Of a stretch of 55,930 nucleotides of DNA, positions 37,541 through 47,705 are shown piece by piece (the stretch's first letter is position 1; every line of letters begins with the position of its first letter). The translations under genes and the position numbers were made by a program. Below the pieces are notes generated by a model. That model was not told where the DNA came from. It was given only the letters and a program-made list of their open reading frames with translations, and did no database searches. The stretch is from a virus (lineage: Duplodnaviria; Caudoviricetes): IMG/VR virus record IMGVR_UViG_3300009104_001126, positions 1 through 55,930 of that record. One strand, 5' to 3'.

Positions 37541-37570
37541 AAAGAAGGGACCATGTGTCCCTTTTTTTTT
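37541..37570 (+). terminator. Rho-independent terminator
   Basis: AAGGGAC-CATGT-GTCCCTT followed by a T-run. Confidence 0.85.
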
Positions 37571-37571
37571 C

Positions 37572-37600
37572 TTGATTTTCCTAGCGAATCATATTATAAT
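37572..37600 (+). promoter_or_regulatory. Sigma70-like promoter
   Basis: TTGATT, 17 nt, TATAAT upstream of primase. Confidence 0.65.
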
Positions 37601-37637
37601 ACCTAATTATGAAATTAAACCCTTTCTATAGAGCACA

Positions 37638-38639
37638 ATGAGTTTATATATTGACCACAAATATACCAATTTAATTTCTTCCCGATTATCTCGTTTCGCT
37701 CGCAAGTCCAGAGAATTATATAATTTCAGGTGTCCATTATGTGGAGATTCTCAAAAAAATCAATATAAGGCGAGAGGTTATCTTTATAACAAAAAAAATA
37801 ATTTAATTTTTAAATGTCACAATTGTGGAGCCGGTGGCGCATTAAAATTTTTATTAGATAAAATCGATCCTGTTATATCAAGACAATATTCATTTGAAAA
37901 ATATAAAGAAGAAAATGGAACTCCTATAGAGACAGAACAAAAAGTCCCTATTTTTAGAAAACCCAAATTTACAAAAATAGAAGCACCAAAAATTTCTGAA
38001 TTAGATTCAGATCATCCAGCTGTAAAATTTTGCGATGTAAGAAAGTTACCTAAAGTTCGATATAATGATATGTATTTTGCAGATTGTTTTAAAAGTTGGG
38101 TGAGTAAATATGATACAGAATTAGCAGCGCGGCTAAAAGAAAAAGATCCAAGAATAATAATTCCATTTTTTAATAAAGAGAAGAAGCTAGTAGCCGCACA
38201 GGGGAGAAGTTTAGAAAATAATACATTAAGATATTTTACTATTAAAATAGATAAAGAAGCTCCGAAAATATTTGGTTTAGAAAGAAACGATCCAGCGCAA
38301 TTAACTTATATTGTCGAAGGACCATTTGATAGTATGTTCCTTCCAAATTCTCTTGCAATGGCAGGTAGTGACTTAGATGATGTTAGTATGTTTTATGCAA
38401 GAGACGTCGTTTTTGTGTATGATAATGAACCGAGAAATAATGAAATTGTTCATAAGATTGAAAAATGTATTAAAAAAGGCTTCGCGATTTGCATCTGGCC
38501 CGACACGGTTAAATTTAAAGATATTAATGATATGGTCTTAGGTGATATGGACATTTTGGAAATTATTGATATAATAAATACCAATACATTCCGCGGCCTT
38601 CCCGCAAGATTAAAATTTAACCAGTGGAAAAGAACATGA
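37638..38639 (+). CDS. gp61: DNA primase
   Basis: CPLCGDS...CHNCG zinc finger, EGPFDS, DNEPRN, KDIND TOPRIM motifs. Confidence 0.95.
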   Translation: MSLYIDHKYTNLISSRLSRFARKSRELYNFRCPLCGDSQKNQYKARGYLYNKKNNLIFKCHNCGAGGALKFLLDKIDPVISRQYSFEKYKEENGTPIETEQKVPIFRKPKFTKIEAPKISELDSDHPAVKFCDVRKLPKVRYNDMYFADCFKSWVSKYDTELAARLKEKDPRIIIPFFNKEKKLVAAQGRSLENNTLRYFTIKIDKEAPKIFGLERNDPAQLTYIVEGPFDSMFLPNSLAMAGSDLDDVSMFYARDVVFVYDNEPRNNEIVHKIEKCIKKGFAICIWPDTVKFKDINDMVLGDMDILEIIDIINTNTFRGLPARLKFNQWKRT

Positions 38640-39424
38640 ATGAAGAGGTGAAGGTCCATGAATTTGGACTAGTTAGATTATTAGATATTATGGGAAGTGA
38701 CGACGACGTAGTTGATGCAGCACGGATAAGTTACGGTAAAGGTACAAAAAAAGTTAGTGAAACCCGTAATTTAATTCGGTATTTAATGAGACATAAACAC
38801 ACATCACCTTTTGAGATGTGTGAAGTTAAGTTTTATTTAAAATTACCCATCTTTATTATGAGACAAATAGTTCGTCATCGGACGGCGAATTTAAATGAGT
38901 ATTCAGGACGTTATTCAGTAATGAGTGAAGATTTTTATCTTCCTCATGATGACGATATTCAAAAGCAATCAACCCAAAACAATCAGGGTAGGGGTGAAGA
39001 AATTGAACAAAAAGGCCTTGTTAAATTTGAATTCAATCGCATATATGATAATGCCATTCATTCCTATCATAATTTATTAGAACTTGATGTAGCTCGAGAA
39101 TTATCTCGTTCTGTACTCCCTGTAGGGAATTACACTGAAGTTATATGGAAAATTGATCTACATAATTTTTTCCATTTTTGTAAATTAAGAACAGATAAAC
39201 ACGCGCAGAAAGAAATTCGAGATTATGCAGAGGCAATGTATAAATTGATCAAACCCGAATTTCCCTTATGCTGTGAAGCTTACGAAGATTATATTCAAAA
39301 TGGGGTGATGTTTTCTGCTCAGGAAATGAAAATAATTAAAAGAGAATTATCTGGAAGAAGTTGGTCATTAGATCAAGTATTATCAAAACGAGAACAAAAC
39401 GAATTTTTAGAAAAACTACTTTAG
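38636..39424 (+). CDS. thyX: Flavin-dependent thymidylate synthase
   Basis: AARISY, HTSPFE, RHRTANLNEYSGRY, LRTDKHAQKEIR. Confidence 0.96.
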   Translation: MNEEVKVHEFGLVRLLDIMGSDDDVVDAARISYGKGTKKVSETRNLIRYLMRHKHTSPFEMCEVKFYLKLPIFIMRQIVRHRTANLNEYSGRYSVMSEDFYLPHDDDIQKQSTQNNQGRGEEIEQKGLVKFEFNRIYDNAIHSYHNLLELDVARELSRSVLPVGNYTEVIWKIDLHNFFHFCKLRTDKHAQKEIRDYAEAMYKLIKPEFPLCCEAYEDYIQNGVMFSAQEMKIIKRELSGRSWSLDQVLSKREQNEFLEKLL

Positions 39425-39438
39425 CATAAGGAACATGA

Positions 39439-41403
39439 ATGAATTTACCCACAGAATATCAATCATTTATCCATCTTTCAAGATACGCCAGATGGAGATA
39501 TGATGCAGAGAGAAGAGAAAATTGGTCTGAAACAATTGGTAGATATTTTGATTTTTTTAAGGAAGACCTAAAAGAAAAATGTAGTTATGAATTAGTTGAA
39601 GATATTAGAAAAGAATTAGAAGAATCGGTTTTAAATTTAGAGGTCATGCCGTCTATGAGATGCTTAATGACAGCCGGCGATCCTCTCAAAAAAGAAAATG
39701 TGGCTGGGTATAATTGTTCATATTTAAAATGTGATAATCAAAGAACGTTTGATGAAATCATGTATATTTTAATGAACGGAACTGGTGTGGGATTTTCCGT
39801 TGAAGAAAAATATACCAAACAAATGCCAACTATTGCTGAAGAATTTTATCCAACAGATACTACTATTGTAGTTGCGGATAGTAAATTAGGTTGGTGCAAA
39901 GCTTATAAAGAATTAGTATCACTATTATATCAAGGACTTATTCCTAAATGGGATGTGACCAGAGTTCGACCAGCAGGTGCACCATTAAAAACTTTTGGAG
40001 GACGAGCTTCAGGTCCAGATCCATTAGTAGATTTATTTAATTTTGTAACAGGAATAATTTCAAATGCCGCGGGAAGAAAACTCAAACCAATCGAATGTCA
40101 TGACATTATATGTAAGACTGCAGAAGTGGTTGTGGTCGGCGGTGTACGTCGCTCTGCTCTTATTAGTCTCAGTGATCTTAATGATAGAGAGATGCGATTC
40201 GCAAAGCACGGAGAATGGTATAAGTTTAATGTGCAACGTGCTCTAGCAAATAATTCCGTTAATTATAAAGAACGGCCAGATATTGGAACTTTTATGAGAG
40301 AATGGTTATCTCTTTATGATTCAAAGTCTGGTGAACGTGGAATATATAATGGAAATTCGGCTCAACGTCAAGTACAAAAGTTAAATGAAAGGGAACAAGA
40401 TGGAAACGGAAATCATATACGAAGACGAATTGCCAGAGATGATTTTGGTACAAATCCGTGCAGCGAGATCATTTTACGGTCCCGAGAGTTTTGCAACTTA
40501 TCTGAAGTCGTTGTCCGAGGACGGGACACTCGCGAGTCTCTTAAAAGCAAAGTGCGCAATGCAACCATTCTTGGAACGTTCCAATCTACCCTTACCAACT
40601 TCAAATACATTACCAGAGAGTGGTCCAATAATTGTAGAGAAGAACGACTTTTGGGAGTTTCTCTTACCGGAATAATGGATAATGAATTAACAAATGGTAA
40701 AAAAGGAAAAGATAAAACTGGTAAGCTTTTAGAGGAACTTAGAAATGTTGCTATTGAAACAAATAAAGAATGGGCTGAAAAACTTGGTATTCCGAGATCA
40801 GCCGCCATTACGTGTGTCAAACCTAGTGGTACTGTATCTCAGCTTGTTGATAGTGCTTCTGGTATTCATGCCCGTCATAATCCTTATTATATTAGGACAG
40901 TAAGAGCAGATAATAAAGATCCATTGTGTAGGTTTATGAAAGACGCAGGTTTTCCTAATGAGCCCGATGTAACCAAACCAACACATACAACTGTGTTTTC
41001 ATTTCCTATGCAGAGCCCAAAGAACGCAGTATTCAGACAAGATATGACTGCTATTGAACAACTTGAATTGTGGAAAATTTATCAAGATCATTGGTGTGAA
41101 CATAAGCCTTCTATTACAGTATCAGTTAAAGAGCATGAATGGATGGGCGTAGGTAATTGGGTATGGGATAATTTTAATAACATTAGTGGCATTTCATTTT
41201 TACCTTTTAGTGAACATACATATCAACAAGCACCTTATCAAGATTGTGAAGAAAAAGAATATAAAGAATTATTAGCAAAGATGCCAAAAAATGTAATGTG
41301 GGATAAATTAAGTGATTATGAAAAAGAAGATCATACAGCCGGTGCGCAAAATGCAGCATGTGGTGCAGATGGTGGTGGCTGTGAAGTTGTAGATTTGGTT
41401 TAA
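39439..41403 (+). CDS. nrdJ: Class II (B12-dependent) ribonucleotide reductase
   Basis: PSMR, YNC, GTGVGF, GGVRRSA, TNPCSEI, CNLSE, KPSGTVS, C-terminal Cys pair; no nrdB in window. Confidence 0.92.
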   Translation: MNLPTEYQSFIHLSRYARWRYDAERRENWSETIGRYFDFFKEDLKEKCSYELVEDIRKELEESVLNLEVMPSMRCLMTAGDPLKKENVAGYNCSYLKCDNQRTFDEIMYILMNGTGVGFSVEEKYTKQMPTIAEEFYPTDTTIVVADSKLGWCKAYKELVSLLYQGLIPKWDVTRVRPAGAPLKTFGGRASGPDPLVDLFNFVTGIISNAAGRKLKPIECHDIICKTAEVVVVGGVRRSALISLSDLNDREMRFAKHGEWYKFNVQRALANNSVNYKERPDIGTFMREWLSLYDSKSGERGIYNGNSAQRQVQKLNEREQDGNGNHIRRRIARDDFGTNPCSEIILRSREFCNLSEVVVRGRDTRESLKSKVRNATILGTFQSTLTNFKYITREWSNNCREERLLGVSLTGIMDNELTNGKKGKDKTGKLLEELRNVAIETNKEWAEKLGIPRSAAITCVKPSGTVSQLVDSASGIHARHNPYYIRTVRADNKDPLCRFMKDAGFPNEPDVTKPTHTTVFSFPMQSPKNAVFRQDMTAIEQLELWKIYQDHWCEHKPSITVSVKEHEWMGVGNWVWDNFNNISGISFLPFSEHTYQQAPYQDCEEKEYKELLAKMPKNVMWDKLSDYEKEDHTAGAQNAACGADGGGCEVVDLV

Positions 41404-41413
41404 TATTTTTTCG

Positions 41414-41442
41414 TTGATATTTGCATATCAATGTAATATAAT
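41414..41442 (+). promoter_or_regulatory. Sigma70-like promoter
   Basis: TTGATA, 17 nt, TATAAT. Confidence 0.6.
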
Positions 41443-41451
41443 AAGGATAAT

Positions 41452-41664
41452 ATGAAAACACCATTTGAAAAATATACTGAAGATTGTGTTCGACTTCTTG
41501 AGAAACACACTGAGTCATTAGGCGTTACCGCAATTCAAGAATTGTGGAAAGATATTGAGAATGCTCCGGCCTTTACAGGCAAATTATGGTTGGAAGATAT
41601 TCTCGATAAACAATTTAAAGAAAAAGTACAACTCGAAGGAGATACGAATTTCGTATATGATTGA
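41452..41664 (+). CDS. Hypothetical protein
   Basis: 70 aa, AAGGA RBS. Confidence 0.65.
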   Translation: MKTPFEKYTEDCVRLLEKHTESLGVTAIQELWKDIENAPAFTGKLWLEDILDKQFKEKVQLEGDTNFVYD

Positions 41665-42131
41665 TTATGAAAGTATTTCTTGATATGGATGGAGTCTTAG
41701 CAGACTTTGACAAACCTATTCTTGACAAATTTGGCACTAAGGAAAAGTGGAATAATAGATGGGAACTTCTCCCTAAAGACTTTTTTAGAAAACTTCCTAA
41801 AATGCCAGATGCAGACGATTTGACAGATTATGTTGGCGGACAATTTGATTGGCATGTATTAACCGCTATTCCTACACAAAATGAATTTGCTAATTCACGT
41901 TTACAAAAAATGCAATGGCTTTTTGAACATTATAAAATATACCCCGCGAGGATTCATTGTGTCTTCAGAAGTGAAAAGCAATATTTTGCAGCCGAAGAAA
42001 ACTTATCTCCAAATCTTTTAGTCGATGATAATTTAGATAATATAGCTGAATTTAAAGCTAAAGGTGGAATTGCAATTCATCATACTTCCGCAGAAAATAG
42101 TATAAGAGAATTGCAACAGTTAGGATTTTAA
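41661..42131 (+). CDS. 5'(3')-deoxyribonucleotidase-like HAD protein
   Basis: FLDMDGVLADF, LTA, K.QWL, LVDD. Confidence 0.85.
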   Translation: MIMKVFLDMDGVLADFDKPILDKFGTKEKWNNRWELLPKDFFRKLPKMPDADDLTDYVGGQFDWHVLTAIPTQNEFANSRLQKMQWLFEHYKIYPARIHCVFRSEKQYFAAEENLSPNLLVDDNLDNIAEFKAKGGIAIHHTSAENSIRELQQLGF

Positions 42132-42671
42132 TTGATATGTGCAGGAATTGATTATTCAACTCTCAGCCCAAGTATTTGCGTATATAAAAAAGATGGACCA
42201 GTTAATCCTTCTAATTGTAATTTTAGTTTTTTTGCTTTGGATAAGTGGAGGCCTAGGTGGGCCGCCCTTCAAAATGTAAACGTGTATAAGTTTCCTAAAG
42301 AAATAAAAGATATAGATAGATATCTATTTTTAGCGGATTGGACTATCGAACAAATACGTTGGTATACAGGAAGAGTGCAGAAAGTTATATTAGAAGATTA
42401 TTCTTTTGGATCTACAGGCAGAGTTTTTCATATAGCGGAAAATGTTGGTATTTTAAAATCGTTTTTAAAAAAGAACGGTTTCCGCTATGAAACAATTGCA
42501 CCAACAACTATTAAGAAGTTCGCTACAGGTAAGGGAAATTCTAATAAAGAAGCAATGTTAGAAGCCTGGAAAGCGGAACCCGGTACTTTTGAATTAGTCC
42601 AGGAAAATGGGAATCCTTCTACCGATATTGTTGATTCCTACTTCCTTTGTAAATATGGAGTTACTCAGTGA
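42132..42671 (+). CDS. RuvC-like nuclease/resolvase
   Basis: AGIDYS, ILEDYS, IAEN, IKKFATGKGNSNK, DIVDSY. Confidence 0.8.
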   Translation: MICAGIDYSTLSPSICVYKKDGPVNPSNCNFSFFALDKWRPRWAALQNVNVYKFPKEIKDIDRYLFLADWTIEQIRWYTGRVQKVILEDYSFGSTGRVFHIAENVGILKSFLKKNGFRYETIAPTTIKKFATGKGNSNKEAMLEAWKAEPGTFELVQENGNPSTDIVDSYFLCKYGVTQ

Positions 42672-43053
42672 ATATATTTACGTCGCGAGTATGCGCAGTA
42701 ATTTTCTCAATTTGTGCTTCTAAAATCTCTCGCCTATTAGGCCAATATATGTATTCATTAGTAGAAGATTTTGCTAAGTTATTTAACAATGGAACTATTA
42801 AGTCTTCAACTTCTTTCATTTGTCGTTCATATTCTTTATTCAGTTTGTCTTTATGTTTATCAATATCTTCGTAATGATAATCCAACAAATTCCAGATCTT
42901 CTTACACGTTGCTTCAACTTCTTTAATTTGTCCAGATTTAGCTTTTTCAACCGCAGCGGAAACTACTTCCTCTTCGGGTGCTTTTGCTTGCGCGGTAAAA
43001 TCAGATTCGCTTACCGTACTAAATCCAAAATCATTTAAATCCTGCATGATCAT
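42661..43053 (-). CDS. Hypothetical protein
   Basis: DFGFS...IVPLLNNL...YIYWPNR; AAAGG RBS; fills the gap between + genes. Confidence 0.75.
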   Translation of the reverse strand: MIMQDLNDFGFSTVSESDFTAQAKAPEEEVVSAAVEKAKSGQIKEVEATCKKIWNLLDYHYEDIDKHKDKLNKEYERQMKEVEDLIVPLLNNLAKSSTNEYIYWPNRREILEAQIEKITAHTRDVNIFTE

Positions 43054-43062
43054 ACCTTTCTT

Positions 43063-43926
43063 ATGGAATTACAGTTTACCAATATATTTAGGACAGACGA
43101 GACTAACATAGGCGATTCTTATAGTACTCCAACAAGATATTTTGATTTACCCGGAAATCAAAAAGATATCTATAAAATGGAGTATGATTATAAACCCCCA
43201 CATGAAAATGTTATCTATGGAGGCGGAGGTCTTATAGGACAATTTAGACCAATGTCTCATGTTATAAAATTTCAAAAAAATACTAATCATAGAATATACG
43301 GTTGGGGATTAGGAGAACATACATATGTTTGTTTAGATGAACAAACCCAATGTATTCCCCCAATGAATATAACGTATCCAGCCTATATAAGAGCATTTGA
43401 TTTAATGGGTATACGAGATCATCATTCTCATTTATATCATGCAATTCCTCATGCAAGATGGGTTCCGTGTGCTAGTTGTATGCACGAAGCTTTTGATAAA
43501 GAATATGAAGTAAAACATGATATTGTGTTTTTTACACATGCTCAACTTCCAATGAATATTATTCACGGTATGCCAAAAGAAACTTGGGATTATCCACATA
43601 AGGCAAACAGTGAAATGAATTTTGAAGAAACAATAGAATTTTTAGGTAGTGGTGATATTATAATTACAAATTCTTTTCATGGAGCTTACTGGGCAACATT
43701 ATTAGGAAAAGTAGTTTGTTGTTTTCCTTGGTCTTCTAAATTTTATGGTTTAAAACATCAACCTTTATATTGTCCTACAACAGATTGGTGGAAAACTATT
43801 AATGAGAAGGAACAAAGACAATATAAAAGTTCACTAGAAGAATGTAGAGAAGCGAATAAAAAATTTCATATAGAATTAATAGAACATGCACAGAACTCAC
43901 CAAGAACATTTAAGGTTGAAATATGA
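43063..43926 (+). CDS. Polysaccharide pyruvyl transferase-like protein
   Basis: NIGD, YGGGGLI, GIRD, ITNSFHG, SSKF. Confidence 0.7.
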   Translation: MELQFTNIFRTDETNIGDSYSTPTRYFDLPGNQKDIYKMEYDYKPPHENVIYGGGGLIGQFRPMSHVIKFQKNTNHRIYGWGLGEHTYVCLDEQTQCIPPMNITYPAYIRAFDLMGIRDHHSHLYHAIPHARWVPCASCMHEAFDKEYEVKHDIVFFTHAQLPMNIIHGMPKETWDYPHKANSEMNFEETIEFLGSGDIIITNSFHGAYWATLLGKVVCCFPWSSKFYGLKHQPLYCPTTDWWKTINEKEQRQYKSSLEECREANKKFHIELIEHAQNSPRTFKVEI

Positions 43927-44948
43927 AAGACATTTATAAAGATAAAACAATACCTCAAAGAGGTGAAAAAAATATAGCTAGGAATTCTTTTGGAGGAACT
44001 GAATTAACAACATTAGAATTATGGTCGCATTTACCTAAAAAATATAAAACAGATTATCATTGGGTAATTTCAAGATTATATCCTGAAGATCTACAATCCG
44101 TTTTACCTAAAATTTGGTGGTTCCATGACCTAGCAAAAGATCCATGCCATGAATATTTAAAAGTCAGAGGTCAAGTCAATGAATTTGATAGATTAATTTT
44201 TTCAAGTTATTGGCAAATGCATAGTTTTATGGAAATATATGATTTGCCAATGGATCGATGTGAAGTTCAAAAAACAGCAATATTTCCGCACGAACATTAT
44301 GATAAACCCAAAGACGGTAAAATTAATTTAATATATGCTTCTACTCCTCAAAGAGGTTTACACATATTATGTAATGCGTTACATTTACTTGAAAGAGATG
44401 ATTTTCATTTACATGTTTATTCAAGTTTTAGTGTATATGGTTGGAAAGAAAATGATCAACCTTATAAAGAATTATTTGATCATATTGAACAAAATCCTAA
44501 TATGACGTTACATCCTAGTGTTGTAGGAAGACCTTTAAGAGAAGAATGGAAAGACATGCATATTTGGGCTTATCCATGTATATGGGAAGAAACATCTTGT
44601 AGGACTGCTATGGAAGCAATGTCTTCTCGAACATTGATGCTAACGAATAGTTTAGGTGCATTACCTGAAACTTGCTCTGATCATGCTATTATGTATCCTT
44701 ATATTAAAGACGAAGTCCAGCATGCTGATAGAATGGCAGATGAATTAGATAAATTATTAGATAATTATTGGGACGATGAAAATCAGGAAATGTTGTCAAC
44801 AGCCAAAGCTCATGCAGACAAATATTATAGTTGGGAATATAGAGCTCCAAGATGGTTAGATATGTTTCATTATATGGATATTGAAGATGAACTCGAAGAA
44901 ACCGTCGAAACTACTGACGAAGAAAAAATAGCAACCGCGATATCATGA
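43923..44948 (+). CDS. Glycosyltransferase (GT-B, family 4-like)
   Basis: GGTE, STPQRGL, EETSCRTAMEAM, GALPET. Confidence 0.85.
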   Translation: MKDIYKDKTIPQRGEKNIARNSFGGTELTTLELWSHLPKKYKTDYHWVISRLYPEDLQSVLPKIWWFHDLAKDPCHEYLKVRGQVNEFDRLIFSSYWQMHSFMEIYDLPMDRCEVQKTAIFPHEHYDKPKDGKINLIYASTPQRGLHILCNALHLLERDDFHLHVYSSFSVYGWKENDQPYKELFDHIEQNPNMTLHPSVVGRPLREEWKDMHIWAYPCIWEETSCRTAMEAMSSRTLMLTNSLGALPETCSDHAIMYPYIKDEVQHADRMADELDKLLDNYWDDENQEMLSTAKAHADKYYSWEYRAPRWLDMFHYMDIEDELEETVETTDEEKIATAIS

Positions 44949-45364
44949 TAAAAGGATTTACAGCATCTGCTTTTGATTTATTACATGTAGGACACATTGT
45001 AATGTTAGAAGAAGCAAGAAAAAATTGTGATTATTTAATCGTTGGACTCCATACTCATCCTGCCCATAAGAAAAATTTAGTTCAAACTGTTTTTGAACGA
45101 TATATTCAATTAAAAGGCTGTAAATATGTTGATGAGATTATTCCTTATGAATCAGAAGATGATCTTAAAAATTTATTACAAACCTTAGATATAGATATTA
45201 GATTTTTGGGTGAAGATTATTTGCGTGACAATAAACCCATTACAGGTTATAATACGTGTACGTTACGAAAAATCCATCTTCATTATTGTGGAAGATTTCA
45301 CCCTTATTCATCAACTGAACTGAAAAAAAGAATTGTTAGTATGTCAGACACCCTTACGGATTAG
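44945..45364 (+). CDS. Cytidylyltransferase (TagD/HldE domain II-like)
   Basis: FDLLHVGH, LIVGL, ER, VDEII, SSTELK. Confidence 0.88.
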   Translation: MIKGFTASAFDLLHVGHIVMLEEARKNCDYLIVGLHTHPAHKKNLVQTVFERYIQLKGCKYVDEIIPYESEDDLKNLLQTLDIDIRFLGEDYLRDNKPITGYNTCTLRKIHLHYCGRFHPYSSTELKKRIVSMSDTLTD

Positions 45365-46292
45365 CTTTTTCGGGGGTGGAACCGATATTCCAGAATATTA
45401 TACTTCACGGCCTCACGGAGGCCAGGTCATAAGTGCCGCTATTGATAAATCTACTTATATTATATTAAATAGATTATATCGAGATCAATTCGTTTGTAAT
45501 TATACCAAAAAAGAAACAGTTAATTATATTGATGATATCGAACATGAATATATTCGCGAAGTTCTCAGGCATTTTAATGTAAAGCCAGGTCTTGAAATTA
45601 CAACATTGGCGGACATTCCTTCTGAGGGTTCTGGCTTAGCTTCTTCTTCAAGTATATTAGTTGGTTTAATAAATGCTATAAGTACTTGGATTGGAGAGCC
45701 GATGAATCGCGTCGATATAGCGCATCTAGCATGTCATATTGAGCTTGAAATCCTAGATAAGCCAATTGGGAAACAAGATCAATTTGCTGTTAGCTACGGC
45801 GGTTTTAACCACTTTCAATTTCTTGAAAATGGTACTGTGAAAATTAAAGAATTACCATATAGTAAAAAATTTGAAGAAAAGTTCGTTTTAGTCAATACTG
45901 GGCTACATAGACAATCATCTTCAATTCTCTCTTCTCAAAAAAAATCCATTGATAAAAAAATTGATAATTACGATTCAATATATAAATTTTGTACTAAAGC
46001 TTTAGAACATTATAAAAATAAAGAATATGATGAATTTGGTATGGATATGAGTAGGTCCATGCAAATTAAAAGCACACTCGCTAAAGGAATTACTAATAAA
46101 GCAATTAATAATATAGTTAAATCTTCAATTCCATGGTCATATGGTTATAAAATATGTGGTGCAGGTGGTGGAGGATATTTACTTTTTATGACAGATAATG
46201 CAAATGAGATACATATGAGAAATAGAGTTTTGAATACATTTGATGTTAAATTTGATAAATTAGGAACTAGAATAGTATTTTATAATGAATAA
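45333..46292 (+). CDS. hddA: GHMP sugar kinase (heptose-7-phosphate kinase-like)
   Basis: PLRISFFGGGTD, GSGLASSS, GKQDQ, KICGAGGGG. Confidence 0.85.
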   Translation: MLVCQTPLRISFFGGGTDIPEYYTSRPHGGQVISAAIDKSTYIILNRLYRDQFVCNYTKKETVNYIDDIEHEYIREVLRHFNVKPGLEITTLADIPSEGSGLASSSSILVGLINAISTWIGEPMNRVDIAHLACHIELEILDKPIGKQDQFAVSYGGFNHFQFLENGTVKIKELPYSKKFEEKFVLVNTGLHRQSSSILSSQKKSIDKKIDNYDSIYKFCTKALEHYKNKEYDEFGMDMSRSMQIKSTLAKGITNKAINNIVKSSIPWSYGYKICGAGGGGYLLFMTDNANEIHMRNRVLNTFDVKFDKLGTRIVFYNE

Positions 46293-46971
46293 AAATATAG
46301 GTATAAACTGGAATCGAAAAATCGAAGAAAATAAAATGTTCGCAATAACAGCGGGTTCTTACATAGAAATAAAGGATAAGACAGGATGGCTAGGACACGC
46401 GACTTCTGTGTATAATTCCTTACAAGAAGTTGAGGAAAGCTCTATAAAATACCTAATAGAATGTATTTGGAGCATATATATAAACGAAAAACAATTTTTT
46501 ATATGTGGGAATGGTGGCAGTGCGTGCAACTCTAATCATTTTGCGCAAGATTTAACAAAAGGAACAATTGGAAATGGAATTTCAAGACCTAGGATTAAAG
46601 CTATATCTCTTTGTAACGATATCGGCTTCATTACTGCTACATCTAACGATGATTCATACGATAATATATTTAAGCACCAACTTGTAGCTCATGCTAACGA
46701 AGGTGATGGATTATTCGTTATAAGTGGTAGTGGCAATAGTAAAAATCTCATAGAGGCCGTTGAATGGTCAAATTCAAACGGGATAGAAACTTATGGGATT
46801 TTGGGTTATGATGGTGGAAAAATAAAAGACAAACTCTCAAGTTATATACATATTAATTTAAATCACATGGAAAAGTGTGAAGGCATAATGTCGATCATTT
46901 TACATTATGTTATGTGTCAACTAAAAGATATGATTGAAAATAAACATGGCTTTTCAAAAAAGATCACTTGA
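46285..46971 (+). CDS. gmhA: Phosphoheptose isomerase (SIS domain)
   Basis: CGNGGS, HFAQD, TATSND, ISGSGNS, GYDGG. Confidence 0.88.
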   Translation: MNKNIGINWNRKIEENKMFAITAGSYIEIKDKTGWLGHATSVYNSLQEVEESSIKYLIECIWSIYINEKQFFICGNGGSACNSNHFAQDLTKGTIGNGISRPRIKAISLCNDIGFITATSNDDSYDNIFKHQLVAHANEGDGLFVISGSGNSKNLIEAVEWSNSNGIETYGILGYDGGKIKDKLSSYIHINLNHMEKCEGIMSIILHYVMCQLKDMIENKHGFSKKIT

Positions 46972-47704
46972 AGCAAAACATATGGGAGAAGAACCTGATC
47001 CTAGAGATTGGGAAGGGTTTGATGATGCTCAATTGCAAGAAGCAATATATGAAGCCTTTAGGTGGTATTATAAATTTTTTGATTTTAAAGAGAGTATGGG
47101 CTTTGTTCAAGAATATTATAAAAAGAACAAAGTAAAAAGTAAATCTCCTGGTAAAATTAAAATTACCGATCTCGCTCAAGTTGGTAACCATGTTGGATAT
47201 CTTGCGCGATTAAAAACAAGAGGATGTAATTTTTTACCAGAAAAGTTCGAAACTCTTTTTATTGATAAGTTAAAAAAGATTGAAGAATTGGCTTCTGTGC
47301 GTAAATCCCAAGAAGCTGCTAAGCCGGATAAAATAAAACCAGATATTCAAAAAAGAATTCGAGAAGCCGCGAGGAAATTAAGGTATGATATAGAAGATGT
47401 TGTTGATGAACAACTCGAAGAAGATTTTAAAAAGAAATTTAATTTTAAACTTTTTTTAGAACGTAATAAAGTTTCAAAACCGGTCGCTAAACATTTAAAA
47501 CCTGAAATCGAAGATTTGGCTAATGAGATAAAATTAGCTAAAGATGGAGATCCAGATTTTAAAGAGGCTTATAGTCATATGAGTGGCCATTTACAAAATA
47601 GACTAATAAAATTTTATGATAAAATGATAGAGGAATGTGATGTGATAATTACAACAAAGAAGGTAAAGGTTAAAAAAGCAGCGAGATACAAACGAAAAAA
47701 ATAA
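46946..47704 (+). CDS. Conserved T4-like hypothetical protein
   Basis: MGEEP, IQKRI, FKEAYSH; upstream of rnh. Confidence 0.7.
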   Translation: MAFQKRSLEAKHMGEEPDPRDWEGFDDAQLQEAIYEAFRWYYKFFDFKESMGFVQEYYKKNKVKSKSPGKIKITDLAQVGNHVGYLARLKTRGCNFLPEKFETLFIDKLKKIEELASVRKSQEAAKPDKIKPDIQKRIREAARKLRYDIEDVVDEQLEEDFKKKFNFKLFLERNKVSKPVAKHLKPEIEDLANEIKLAKDGDPDFKEAYSHMSGHLQNRLIKFYDKMIEECDVIITTKKVKVKKAARYKRKK

Positions 47705-47705
47705 C

